A DNA stretch of 62,787 nucleotides, filler included, from 8 parts of 8 records of this genome joined end to end with filler, not necessarily neighbours in it, one strand, 5' to 3'. Positions 32,043 through 43,052 are shown, numbered from the whole stretch's first letter. Program-made: numbers and translations. Notes: generated by a model not told the origin, from the letters alone.

Positions 32043-33392
32043 ATGGGATTTGATACGGTGGTCGTGGGGGCGGGTGTGGCAGGATTGAGCGCTGCAGTCA
32101 CTGCGGCAAGGCACGGCTTGAAAACCGCGTTGATTGAAAAAAACAGCAGGGTGGGAGGGAGTGCCCGGGACTGTTTTCACACGCATATGGGGGGGCTTTT
32201 TGAAAATGACCCGACATGTCCGTTCAAGGTTGCCAATCCGGGAATATGTGAAGCGCTTTACAGTTATTTTTTCCACAGATATGGAGAGCGCTGCTTGGTA
32301 AAGATGGGGAAAGTTGAGGTGCTGGCCATTGATGGGAACGAACTGTGGCGTTTGTTTACGGATTGGCTGCAAGCGTCGGGTGTCACGGTGCTATTGAACA
32401 CAACATGTACCGACATCACGACGTCCCAATTTACAAATATTTCAGCTGTCACCACAAGCACAGAGGACGTTTCCGATAAAACGAGGGGGTTAAATGCAAC
32501 CGAATCATCAAAAATATCCGACTCATCAGAGGGAATCGGGTCGCCGAAAGTGACTGGATCATCAGAAGCTGCTCACCCACTGTCACTCACTGACTCCATT
32601 GATGCAAACGCTTTTATCGATACCACCGGAAATGCCGTGTTAAGTGCCATTTGTTCAAAAGACGCGGTTGTTGAATTGGACCAAAGGCAGCTGGGAGGCT
32701 ACTGCATTCAGCTTGAAGGAGGATTTTCTGAAGATCTGACAATCAAAATTCCCTATGTTGTTCGAAAAATTACGGAAGCGGAACGGTTGAGCCGCTACTT
32801 GGGGTTTGTCTCGGTCAGCTCAAGTCCTTTCGATACCACCTGGGTCATCAAATTTTCACTGCTCAATGAAGATGAAATCGCAGTATGCGATCTCCTTTTC
32901 CGGAAGTTGCAAAATGAGTTTCCACAAATAGCAACCGCACAAGTACTTGCCCGGTCGGAAAGGATTAATTATCGGGATGGAATGCTTCCTAAGGGGATGG
33001 CGGCAGCAGAATATGTTGAACGAGACGATCGACCGGATATATCAAAATTTCACTCCCCTCAACAAAACCGGGACACATCTCAGCGGAACCGGGATGTGTC
33101 TCAACTGAATTGGGACGCGTCTTGCAGGGACCGGGAAGTCAAAGGGTTCTGGCCCGCTGAATTTTGGGATGTCCATCAAGGGCCGCAGTTTGAATATTGT
33201 CATGGGAGATCCTATTTTCGGGTAAGGCCGTCGGCACTCACTTCTGCGGTAATGAGAAATCTCTTTTTCGGTGGCAGAAGTATCAATGCATCGGCCAACG
33301 CCCAAGCATCCTTGCGCGTCATGGGAACCTGTATCGCCACTGGAGAGTCGGCAGCGCATTGTGCCGTGCAATATCTTAAAACCCAAACATGA
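32043..33392 (+). CDS. FAD-dependent oxidoreductase
   Basis: DTVVVGAGVAGLSAA...LIEK Rossmann fold; FIDTTGNA; NLFFGGRSI...SLRVMGTCIATGE. Confidence 0.85.
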   Translation: MGFDTVVVGAGVAGLSAAVTAARHGLKTALIEKNSRVGGSARDCFHTHMGGLFENDPTCPFKVANPGICEALYSYFFHRYGERCLVKMGKVEVLAIDGNELWRLFTDWLQASGVTVLLNTTCTDITTSQFTNISAVTTSTEDVSDKTRGLNATESSKISDSSEGIGSPKVTGSSEAAHPLSLTDSIDANAFIDTTGNAVLSAICSKDAVVELDQRQLGGYCIQLEGGFSEDLTIKIPYVVRKITEAERLSRYLGFVSVSSSPFDTTWVIKFSLLNEDEIAVCDLLFRKLQNEFPQIATAQVLARSERINYRDGMLPKGMAAAEYVERDDRPDISKFHSPQQNRDTSQRNRDVSQLNWDASCRDREVKGFWPAEFWDVHQGPQFEYCHGRSYFRVRPSALTSAVMRNLFFGGRSINASANAQASLRVMGTCIATGESAAHCAVQYLKTQT

Positions 33393-33524
33393 CGGAAATT
33401 AGATTGAAATGTATCAATGTAACCTGGATAGCATGCCATCAAGACCATTCACTTTACTTTGTGATGGATTGCCCGGCGTGGGTGGTTATCTGAAATTCGA
33501 TACGATCAGAGAGTAGACCGCGTT

Positions 33525-35078
33525 ATGAACATCTTACTTGTCAAGCCCTATGCAGAGCTGGAGGTGGCCAAACGGTTATCCGATGCTTTTTTACATCTTG
33601 AACCCCTTGAGCTCGAAATCATAGCCGGCGGGATCGGACCGGAACATGATATCCGTATTTTGGATTTAAGCATTGAAAAAGAGCCGCTCAAGACATTTGA
33701 TGAGACAGTGATTCACTATCGGCCTAAGCTGATCGGGCTTTCCGGCTACAGCTCAACCGCTCATATTGTCAAAGCATTGGCTCGGCGGACAAAGGAACTT
33801 CTTTCATCAGAAGTGCTTGTGGTGGTCGGCGGTATCCATGCCACCATCTATCCGGCCGACTATAATACCGGCTGCTTCGATGCGATTGTCCGCGGAGAGG
33901 GGGCCACGGCCATGTCTCACATTTTGGGTCAGCTGAAAAAAGGGGAGAATATCCATAATGGAAGTACGATACTCGATCCGTCGTCATCGGGATTTCAATC
34001 CATTGCCCAATCACCGCCCCCTCGATATGCACCACTTGAAAAGATTCCGCTGCCGAGACGGGATTTGGTGGATCGCTCCCGCTATTTTTGCATCTGGACC
34101 CACAGCGATACCGGACGCCTTGAAACGATATTTCCCAGGGTGGCCAGTTTAAGAACGTCTCTAGGCTGCCCTTTTTTCTGCTCTTTTTGCGTCATTCCCT
34201 TTGCCATGAACCGGGCTTATCTGCAGCGAACGCCCGAAGAGGTGGTCAACGAAATAGAACAGCTCACCGAAACGCATGTCTACTTTGTCGATGACGAGAT
34301 GTTCATCAATATGAAACGAGTGACGCAGATTGCCGAGCGCATCAAAGCACGCGGTATCAGAAAAAAATATATCAGTTGGGCCAGAAGCGACACCATTGTC
34401 AAGCATCCCGAGGTATTCAAGTTGTGGAAGGAGGTGGGACTGGATGTCGTTTATGTGGGGCTTGAATCCATGGATGAGCGCCGTCTTTCAGAATACAACA
34501 AGAAAACATCCATTGAGATCAACAAAGAGGCGATCCGAATATTAAAGGGCTTGAACATTACCCTCCATGCGGCATTTATTGTCCATCCCGATTTCAATAA
34601 AGCGGACTTTACCCGGCTTGAAAAGGAGATCGCCCGTGTCAGTCCGGCTGAAATTACCTTTACGGTGCTCTCGCCGTCACCGGGAACTCAATTTTTCCGT
34701 GACAACCGGGATCGATTTATCTGCGATCCATTTCGATTTTACGACTGCATGCATTCGGTCGTGCCGACGCGGTTGCCGCTTCAAATGTTTTACCAACATT
34801 TCGGTCGCCTCTACTCCCTTGCGTTGCGGGCCAATCCCCTTCGTAGAAACAGGATCAAAGTCCCGATAAAGGATCTGTTTACCGCCATTATGTTGGGGAC
34901 AAAGTATATTTTCTCATTATACCGGATCTATAAGGACTATCCCGATACCATGTGGAAAAAAAGCGGGAATGCCTTGCTGCAAGCGGTGGATTGTAAACTC
35001 ATGCGGGAAACCCGCACCCCGAACGCCTTTCATCAGAGTCCTGTTTTTTCCGACAAAAATCGAGATGTAAGGTACTAA
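33525..35078 (+). CDS. Cobalamin-dependent radical SAM enzyme
   Basis: HLEPLELE and VVVGGIHAT in the B12-binding domain; GCPFFCSFC (CxxxCxxC); YFVDDE, VYVGLES and PSPGT. Confidence 0.92.
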   Translation: MNILLVKPYAELEVAKRLSDAFLHLEPLELEIIAGGIGPEHDIRILDLSIEKEPLKTFDETVIHYRPKLIGLSGYSSTAHIVKALARRTKELLSSEVLVVVGGIHATIYPADYNTGCFDAIVRGEGATAMSHILGQLKKGENIHNGSTILDPSSSGFQSIAQSPPPRYAPLEKIPLPRRDLVDRSRYFCIWTHSDTGRLETIFPRVASLRTSLGCPFFCSFCVIPFAMNRAYLQRTPEEVVNEIEQLTETHVYFVDDEMFINMKRVTQIAERIKARGIRKKYISWARSDTIVKHPEVFKLWKEVGLDVVYVGLESMDERRLSEYNKKTSIEINKEAIRILKGLNITLHAAFIVHPDFNKADFTRLEKEIARVSPAEITFTVLSPSPGTQFFRDNRDRFICDPFRFYDCMHSVVPTRLPLQMFYQHFGRLYSLALRANPLRRNRIKVPIKDLFTAIMLGTKYIFSLYRIYKDYPDTMWKKSGNALLQAVDCKLMRETRTPNAFHQSPVFSDKNRDVRY

Positions 35079-35086
35079 AGAAGGCA

Positions 35087-36673
35087 GTGATGACCGGAAT
35101 GAAAAGTCACGCGAATAAAGACAATGACGAGCATGTCGCATCTTCCGACACAACAGGACATGAAGCGCCCGACACATGTAAAGAGAGGAGGTTTCATGCA
35201 AAAAAGGGGCGGATCAATATTGTCGATGCAATCAGAAAAGAGGCGGGACCGTATCTTTCTCAATATGCCGTCAGTCAGGAAGATAAAAGCATCTCCTACG
35301 GTACCCTGCTGGATGCTGTGGATACATGCCGCACCGTTCTGATCGATAAGGGCGGTGTGGGGCCGTGCTGCCGGGTGGCTCTTTTGTGTGAAGACTCCAT
35401 TCAGTACATTATTTCTGCACTCGGGGTGCTGGATGCAGGCGCAATAATGATTCCGGCATCTCCGTCGCTCTCCATCAAAGAGTTTGATGGGTTGTGTGAC
35501 AGAATGGCTGCATCCCATGTGATCAGCGCACAGCCGCTTTTTTCCCGTCAACCCGATCTCCCGACAGATACGGATTATGAAAAAGTCGTTTCATTGGGTG
35601 AGAATCTCTCCCTTTATCGCATCAAGTCGATGCGTTCCGGTTGTACCGATTCCATCGGAAACCGCAAGCCGCCCTTACAATTTCCTTCCGACGTTTCGGA
35701 CCCTGCGTTCATCCGATTTACTTCAGGGACGACCGGTGTGAATAAAGGGGTGTTGTTAACCCATCAGGCCATTATTGAGAGAACCGACGCGGCAGATGAG
35801 CGATTGAAAATCACACACAAAGAGACGGTGGCATGGTTTTTATCCATGAGTTATCATTTTGTGGTGACGATTTTGCTTTTTTTAAGACGAGGGGCTCATA
35901 TTGTTCTTGCCGGCCATGGATTCCCCAAAGGGGCCATTGAAATGATGACACGCTTTCCTCCCACATTCATTTACGCCTCTCCGTTTCATTACGCATTTAT
36001 GACAAGCAGTCTTGATTTTTCATCAACGCTGTTACAGGGGATTCGAATGGCCGTCTCCACGGCCATGGCTTTGGAAAAAAGAACCGCCGAAGCGTTTTCG
36101 GAAAAATTCGGTATTGCCCTTTCCCAGGCATACGGGATTATCGAGGTGGGACTTCCCTTTATCAATGATCGGATGGATGGAGAATTTATGACCGCTGTGG
36201 GACGGCTTCTTCCGGCGTATCAATTGAAATTGACAGATCAAGATGAAGCGGGGCAGGGCAGTATTTTACTGAAAGGCAAGGGGATGTTCGAAGGGTATGT
36301 CTCTCCATGGCTGAGAAGAGAAACGTGGTTTGATACCGGAGATATCGGCCGGATGAAGGAGGGGTATCTTTTCATCTGCGGCCGCCGTAAAAACGTGATC
36401 AACTTCAGTGGCATGAAGATTTTCCCTGAAGAGGTGGAAGAGATCATCCGGGCATTTGAGGGGATCGATGAAGTAAGGGTCTTTGGAGAACCCCATCCGC
36501 TGTACGGCGCACTTCCGGTGGCTGAATACACCCTTTCAGATCCCGATGCCGTGATCCGGTTGCCGGAATTGAAACGGTTTTTGATGAAGCGATTGGATTT
36601 GTATAAAATTCCAAAATCGTTTGTTCAAAAGGAAAAGATCACTAAAACGTTAAGCGGAAAGGTCAAGCGTTAG
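35087..36673 (+). CDS. Class I adenylate-forming enzyme (acyl-CoA or acyl-ACP ligase)
   Basis: FTSGTTGVNKG, YGIIE, WFDTGDIG, GRRKNVI..G.KIFPEEVE and KTLSGKV motifs. Confidence 0.9.
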   Translation: MMTGMKSHANKDNDEHVASSDTTGHEAPDTCKERRFHAKKGRINIVDAIRKEAGPYLSQYAVSQEDKSISYGTLLDAVDTCRTVLIDKGGVGPCCRVALLCEDSIQYIISALGVLDAGAIMIPASPSLSIKEFDGLCDRMAASHVISAQPLFSRQPDLPTDTDYEKVVSLGENLSLYRIKSMRSGCTDSIGNRKPPLQFPSDVSDPAFIRFTSGTTGVNKGVLLTHQAIIERTDAADERLKITHKETVAWFLSMSYHFVVTILLFLRRGAHIVLAGHGFPKGAIEMMTRFPPTFIYASPFHYAFMTSSLDFSSTLLQGIRMAVSTAMALEKRTAEAFSEKFGIALSQAYGIIEVGLPFINDRMDGEFMTAVGRLLPAYQLKLTDQDEAGQGSILLKGKGMFEGYVSPWLRRETWFDTGDIGRMKEGYLFICGRRKNVINFSGMKIFPEEVEEIIRAFEGIDEVRVFGEPHPLYGALPVAEYTLSDPDAVIRLPELKRFLMKRLDLYKIPKSFVQKEKITKTLSGKVKR

Positions 36674-36677
36674 TCCC

Positions 36678-37585
36678 ATGAAGACGAATCCACTGAATTT
36701 GATTGCCCACTGTCCGGAAAGAGAATATGCATCGCTTCAATATGCCGATAAAAAAAAGATCGATGCCGTTCAGTTTCAGCTTTTAAAATCCCATCTGCAC
36801 TATGCGGAATCAAACAGTCCCTATTATCGCCGCTGTTTTAAGGATGCCGGAATAACTCCGGACGACATCACCCGCCTTGAAAATCTGTCATTTCTCCCTT
36901 TTACGGAAAAGGAAGCACTCACGCATTCCATTTTACGGTGTGAAGACGATTGCAATGATTTTCTGGCCGCAGCCCCCCATGACATTGCCGATATCTGTTT
37001 GACATCCGCCACCACAGGACCCATGCCCACCGTTATGCCTCAGACCGCCCGGGACCTGGCGCGTCTGGGATATAATGAAGAGCTGGCCTTTCAGATGGCC
37101 GGTATCGATGCTTCGGACAAGGTGATGATCTGTGCGGCTTTGGATCGATGCTTCATGGCCGGGCTGGCGTACTTTCTCGGGAGCATGAAAACCGGTTCAA
37201 CCGCCATTCGGGCCGGATCATCCAATGCCGCGCATTTGTGGGAATTGTCGAAATTGACCCGTCCCACGGTGATCATCGGCGTGCCGTCCTTGATGCATCG
37301 AATTGCCGCCTATGCGTTGGAAAACGGTGAAGATCCGGCAACGTCCGGGATTAATAAATTGGTTGCCATTGGAGAGCCTACCCGGGGAGAAGATCTGGAG
37401 CTGCTGCCCATGGCAAGCCGACTTGAAACCGTGTGGGACGCCCGCATCTACTCTACCTATGCCTCCACGGAACTGGCAACCACCTTTTGCGAATGCGGCA
37501 CCCGTCGGGGCGGACATCTCCGGCCGGAAATGAACGTCATCGAAATTGTGGATGAAGCAGGACGATCCGTTGCCGACGGAACCCC
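36678..37585 (+). CDS. Phenylacetate-CoA-ligase-like (PaaK family) protein (3' truncated)
   Basis: SPYYR...LPFTEK, LTSATTG, IGEP, STYASTE and FCEC motifs. Confidence 0.87.
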
Positions 37586-37685
37586 NNNNNNNNNNNNNNN
37601 NNNNNNNNNNNNNNNNNNNNNNNNNNNNNTTAATTAATTAANNNNNNNNNNNNNNNNNNNNNNNNNNNNNNNNNNNNNNNNNNNN
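37586..37685. other. Artificial contig spacer
   Basis: N44-TTAATTAATTAA-N44. Confidence 0.98.
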
Positions 37686-38180
37686 AAAATCTTATCTTTC
37701 ACCTCCCGCGCGACCCCATTTCCATCCAATTCCTGCATCAATTGCTGTTTCAGTTCACGCGCCCTGGCCATCTCTGCGTCAGCTTTCTTGATTGTCTCCC
37801 GAGACCTGTACGTCCAGCGCCTTTTTAGCCTGACGTTTCTCCTTTTGAGCCTGTTCAAAACGATCCGCAGCATTTTCCGACCGTTTCAGAAGGTCAGCTT
37901 CCCGAGCTTTCTTGCGAGCCACTTCCTTATCAGCTTCTCGCACCTGCCACTCAAATTTCCGTTTTACATCTTTAGAGAGTTCAGCATCCGGCACAAAGTT
38001 CAGGTTATCCGGAGTCTTTTTGTTCGGAGTTTTAGCGTGCTCGCGACATTCCTCCGGCAACTGCTGAAGGTTGTCTGTCACATGCAACCGCCCCTCACTG
38101 TCCCGACAGCGATAAGTTTCGGCGCAGATCAGGTCTGAGCAACCCAACAAAGCGATCAGCAAAACCAACAGGATGCGCAT
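37686..38180 (-). CDS. DUF4124-like secreted protein, probable frameshift near 37820
   Basis: Signal peptide then ETYRCRDSEGRLHVTDN...PEEC; a coiled-coil tail continues in a second frame. Confidence 0.65.
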
Positions 38181-38190
38181 ACGCTCCTCC

Positions 38191-38640
38191 TCAAAAGTTA
38201 CGGTGGCTGTCGAGCAGAATCGTTACTGGGCCATCGTTCACTAGATCAACCGCCATCTCTGCCTGAAATCGTCCGGTCTGCACCTCCAGCTCGTGAGCCT
38301 TCAGGCGCTCAACAAAATAGCGACACAGCGGCTCAGCGACGACGGGGTCCGCTGCCGCCGAGAACCCGGGGCGCCGCCCCTTTCTGCAATCCGCCAGCAA
38401 AGTAAACTGCGAAACAACCAGAACTGCACCCCCGATATCACTGACGGACAGGTTCATCTTACCGTCAGAATCTTCAAAGATTCTCAGACCGGCCACTTTG
38501 TCCGCGAGATAATCTGCGGCGCTCTCACCGTCACCCTGCTCAACACCCAGCAGAACGAGCAGACCTGTTCCAACCTCTGCAATTTTATCATTCTCAACGG
38601 TCACCCCCGCACGACTGACCCGCTGGACAACAGCACGCAT
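38191..38640 (-). CDS. dtd: D-aminoacyl-tRNA deacylase
   Basis: [22 protein letters not shown] and NDGPVT motifs. Confidence 0.96.
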   Translation of the reverse strand: MRAVVQRVSRAGVTVENDKIAEVGTGLLVLLGVEQGDGESAADYLADKVAGLRIFEDSDGKMNLSVSDIGGAVLVVSQFTLLADCRKGRRPGFSAAADPVVAEPLCRYFVERLKAHELEVQTGRFQAEMAVDLVNDGPVTILLDSHRNF

Positions 38641-38643
38641 AGT

Positions 38644-39521
38644 TCAAATTCCCCTTCGACGTTGTTCATAAAAACTCCGCAAAAGAGCGAGGTTCTCAAG
38701 GTCATGGCAGTGCCCTTCGCCTCCGGGAGTCTCTATAATTTTAGCAACTTTTCGGAAGCGTTCATCCCTCATCAGCAACTTGAATCCTTCAGGACCGATA
38801 TGCCCCTGTCCGACATGTTCATGCCGATCAACACGAGACCCGAGGGGCTTTTTACTGTCATTGATATGAAACAGAGCCACCTTATCAACTCCGATCAAAC
38901 GGTCCAGCTGCTCCATCGTCTGCTCGTATCCCTGCTTTGAGCTGAGATCATAACCCGCAGCGAACGCATGACAGGTATCCAGACAGATGCCGAAACCGGC
39001 GCTCGGAAGCTGCCGAACGATCTCCGCCAACTCCTCAAAGGCTGATCCCAGACTCGTTCCCTGGCCCGCCGTGTTTTCGATCAGAATTCTGACATCGGCA
39101 GGAGCGCGCGCCAGCACACATTTGAAACTGTCGACCAGAGTACGCAAACCAGCATCAACACCCTGACCGACATGGGCGCCTGGGTGCATCACCAGGTCGC
39201 GGATTCCCAGCAGACTGCAGCGTTCCATCTCGCTGACAAACGCGTCCACCGAACGTGAGCGCAGCTGATCGTCCGGGCTGGCCAGATTGATCAGATAGCT
39301 GTCATGAGCGGCAACGTATTGGATCGTACTTTGAGTAAAAGCGTCACGAAAACTTTGAATTCCAGACTCCGTCAGAGGCTTGACCTGCCAGCGACTGGCG
39401 TTGCCGGTAAAAACCTGAATCGCCGTGCAGCCAACTTCTTCCCCCGCGCGATCGCTTTTTCAACCCCTCCGGCAATCGAGACATGTGCACCAAGAAGCAA
39501 CGTTTCTGCCGGTTCAGTCAT
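38644..39521 (-). CDS. nfo: Endonuclease IV, apparent frameshift at ~39441-39445
   Basis: LLGAHVSIAGG, HDSYLINLAS, MHPGAH, IENTAGQG, CLDTCH, HINDS, DRHEH and IETP motifs; one extra G restores ARGEEVGC. Confidence 0.92.
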
Positions 39522-40169
39522 CATCCCCCCTGTCCACGACGCGATGACAGGGCCGATTTCCGCACTGCTCATCACCTGGGCATCGACATAATCATAGTGC
39601 GTAACGGCATTGTCGTCCCCTCCGACAAGGACCGTTTTCATCCCAAACTGCTTCGCCGTTGCCAGGTTCTCATGTTGATCTTCAACCATGATGCAGTGAT
39701 CGCCGCGCAGATCCAATTGCTTCAACACTTGCTGATAGGGATCGGGGCTCGGCTTGGGTCGATAGTCCGCAACGCGGATGTCAAACACCCCGGAGAACAG
39801 CCCTTCAAGTCCGAGAGCCGAAACAACGCGATCGACATGACAGCGGGAGCCATTGGTAAACACATAGCTCGGGATCGTCAGATTCTTCAGTGTCGTTCTG
39901 AGAGCTCCATCCTGAGAGAGACGGCTGCCAACGTCGACGGCGTGGATGTAATCCAGATAGTCCTCGGGGTTCACGTCGTGATGACGGATGAGGCCCTGGA
40001 GGGTCGCGCCATAATCCTTCCAGTACTGACGGCGCAGATGATCAACATCATCAGGATCAATGGAAACAACCTCCCGCATAAACCGATTGATTCGCACATC
40101 GATCAGAGAAAATAGATCCCGGTCCGGGGGGTACAGGGTATTGTCGAGGTCAAACAGAACAGCCTTCAT
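39520..40169 (-). CDS. Pyrimidine 5'-nucleotidase-like HAD hydrolase
   Basis: FDLDNTLY, YGATLQGL, FTNG, PKPSP and MVED motifs; the true 3' end is uncertain because the ORF reads into the nfo N-terminus across a G6 run. Confidence 0.85.
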
Positions 40170-40180
40170 TCAACAGGGCC

Positions 40181-41021
40181 TCAGGTTAAAATGAAATCGC
40201 CGCTGAAGACTTCCACCGCAGGGCCCGTCATCATCACCGGACCGTCAGCGACCCACTCCAGCTCCAGGTCTCCGCCACGCAGATGATTGATGATTCTGCG
40301 TTCGCCTTTCCCGGCCAGAACGCCAGCAACGGTCACGGCCGAGGCCCCGGTCCCGCAGGCCAGAGTCTCTCCGGCACCTCGCTCCCAGGTCCGCTGGTAA
40401 ACTTCGTGCGGCTTCGACAACCTGGACAAACTCAACATTGATCCGCTGTGGAAACCAGTCGTGATTCTCGATCAAAGCGCCGACCTCCGCCACCGGAAAC
40501 GCTTCGACATCGTCGACATAAATGACACAGTGCGGATTCCCCATGGAGACACAGGTCACCTCGAACTGCCGATCTCCGACAACCAGCGGCACGCTGACGA
40601 CCTGATCATCCGCGGGCCCGATCATCGGCAGATCTTTTCTGCTTAAACGAGGGTTCCCCATATTGACCCTGACGCGTTCTATGGTCTTGTCCGCACCCGG
40701 AAACAACTCCAGCGACAAGATACCGTTCCCGGTTTCCACGTTCATCTCAAGTTGCCTGACCAGGCCATGATCATAGGCATACTTGGCGACACAGCGGATC
40801 CCATTGCCACACATTTCCGCCTCACTGCCATCGGCGTTGAACATGCGCATCCGCACATCCGCCTTCTCAGACGGTAATATCAGGATCAGACCATCCGAAC
40901 CGACGCCGAAGTGACGATCACTGACTTTTTCAGCCAACGCAGACGGGTCCTCAACCTGAACATCAAAACCATTGATATAGACGTAATCGTTCCCTGCACC
41001 GTGCATTTTCGTGAATTTCAT
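40181..41021 (-). CDS. dapF: Diaminopimelate epimerase, apparent frameshift near 40410
   Basis: [17 protein letters not shown] and [20 protein letters not shown] continues in a second frame. Confidence 0.94.
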
Positions 41022-41242
41022 ATTCGCCTCGAGCTTGCTGTTATCGGTTAGCGCAACAAAAGATACTATACCTGAAACAAACGCCTTCAGGACGATTTAA
41101 TCGCATAAAATGACACAGGAAAAAGTGGTCAGCTATTCTGCTGCACGGTCAAACTGTGCTATCATTCCGCCAACTGATCACCTCGAACCAAAAACTGACT
41201 TCATTGATTAAATACACTGACAAGAACATGGGAGATCCATAA

Positions 41243-41458
41243 ATGGCATTCAACCTGAAAACCAAACTCTGGCAAACCGGAGCCCTCGACTGGTGGGCGA
41301 TTATCGATAACGAAGATGTCTACCTCGGAAATCGCGAGTTTCCTCTCCCTCCGGAAGAAGGAGATGAGTGGCTGGTCCGTTCAACAGGGGACCGCTTCAA
41401 GGTGATCGACATGAAAATCTGCCTGATCGCCAAAGAAGAGCCCGTCCAACCGTGGTAG
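41243..41458 (+). CDS. Small hypothetical protein (71 aa)
   Basis: GGAG SD, protein-like composition, stop overlaps the start of the next gene. Confidence 0.65.
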   Translation: MAFNLKTKLWQTGALDWWAIIDNEDVYLGNREFPLPPEEGDEWLVRSTGDRFKVIDMKICLIAKEEPVQPW

Positions 41459-42069
41459 GGCTTGAAGTCGTTCAGATTCCTGCCAGCAGCATGGATAATT
41501 TTTCCTACCTGCTCTACTGTCCGACCACACGTCAAGGGGCCGCCGTCGATCCGTCGCAACACCCGGAACGGCTGATCAAAAAAGCACAAGAACTGGGCGT
41601 CACAATCACTCTACTGCTCAATACCCATGGCCACCAGGATCATATTGCCGGAAATCCGCACATCCTGGAACAGACATCGGCACCCCTGGCCGCTCATCCG
41701 GCCGATATGCCTTCTGCCGATATCCCTTTGAGTGACGGACAGGATATTGCGATCGGACAGGGTCAAGTGACTGTCCTGCACACGCCGGGGCATACGCCCG
41801 GATCGATCGTTTTCAGAGACGCGACGTTCATCGTGACCGGAGACACTCTATTTGTCAGCCGTTGTGGTCGTGCCGACCTGCCGGGAAGCCGGGTTGAAGA
41901 TCTCTACGAAAGCCTGCAGCACCTGAAACAGCTGCCACCAGAGACGCGCGTCTATCCGGGCCATGATTACGGACCAACGCCAACATCGACAATCGCCTGG
42001 GAATTGGAAAATAATGATTTTCTTCGCTGCCCCGATCGGGACAGCTTCATTCGTCTGCGGATGGGATAG
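41452..42069 (+). CDS. Metallo-beta-lactamase-fold hydrolase (glyoxalase II-like)
   Basis: THGHQDHIAG, HTPGHTPG, TGDTLF and YPGHDY motifs; start placed at GTG 41452. Confidence 0.9.
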   Translation: MVGLEVVQIPASSMDNFSYLLYCPTTRQGAAVDPSQHPERLIKKAQELGVTITLLLNTHGHQDHIAGNPHILEQTSAPLAAHPADMPSADIPLSDGQDIAIGQGQVTVLHTPGHTPGSIVFRDATFIVTGDTLFVSRCGRADLPGSRVEDLYESLQHLKQLPPETRVYPGHDYGPTPTSTIAWELENNDFLRCPDRDSFIRLRMG

Positions 42070-42095
42070 AGCAGAAAACTACGGTGAGGAGCGGC

Positions 42096-42952
42096 CTACT
42101 CGTCTTCGACCAGATCTTTCAGATTGATGACCCGTGTTCCGGCCAGGCGGTCATTGAACCCCCGCCGCTCCGGATTCGACAGAACGGCCAGATATCCCAG
42201 CCCCAAAGGCAAGGCCTGTAGCAGGCCGCCAACACTCCGAAGAAAGGCGTCCGCAAAAGAGAGGGCGTCCCCGTCAAGAGTTTCAACTCTGACTCCTGTC
42301 ACCATCTTCCCCGGTGTCTGACCGACCAGGAAATGGAACAGGGTAAAATAACCGAACGCCAGGGAGAACAGGACCAGAAAATAAGGAACGGACAGATCTA
42401 TCAACGTTTCAGCTGAAGGGATCAGGCGTGTACTGTCTGCCGACATGGTCGCCTCGGCGACCATGATAAAACTACCACCAACCAGGCACAGGACAACCAG
42501 ATCACAAAAGAAAGCCCCGACTCGACGTCCGAGCAGTGGCGTCTTCTCTTCTTGAGGACTGAAACTGTCCGGTTCTTCTTCCAGAGTGCTCGCCGAAGCC
42601 CGACTCGGCTCGATCGTTTCCTCGACACCGGACAGGACCGCAGCATCAACCTCTGGGGCCGGTACCGCCGGAGCAGCTTTAATGCAAGCAGCTGCAGTTG
42701 CAGCGGCCACAACCACCGCCTCCTCAGCGGTTTCGACAAGAGGAGCATCGCCACCCGGATCAATGACCTCAGCGCCAGAGTCCCCACGATCAAGGATCGG
42801 CTCGTCATCATCGTCAACCGGAAGCAGACGCTCTTGCTCTGCGATGGCAGCCTCAACCTCCGCAACCGTCTCCTGAACAGGGCCATCCGCTACGTCCTCT
42901 TGCGAATCAACGGATGGCTGTTCGGCATCAACCGGTGCGAATAAATCAGCTG
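42096..42952 (-). CDS. RDD-family membrane protein with an acidic N-terminal linker (5' truncated)
   Basis: RRVGAFFCD, GQTPGK and RRGFNDRLAGT motifs; frame open to the contig edge. Confidence 0.85.
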
Positions 42953-43052
42953 NNNNNNNNNNNNNNNNNNNNNNNNNNNNNNNNNNNNNNNNNNNNTTAA
43001 TTAATTAANNNNNNNNNNNNNNNNNNNNNNNNNNNNNNNNNNNNNNNNNNNN
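42953..43052. other. Artificial contig spacer
   Basis: N44-TTAATTAATTAA-N44. Confidence 0.98.

Noticed and set aside
36678-37585. Phenylacetate catabolism (paa) operon
   Set aside because: No other paa genes are present and the context is biosynthetic (KS, ACP)
39372-40169. Apparent fusion of the HAD nucleotidase to the endonuclease IV N-terminus
   Set aside because: The junction is a G6 run just before ATGATGA and nfo has a second homopolymer slip about 80 nt later; sequencing error is the simpler explanation
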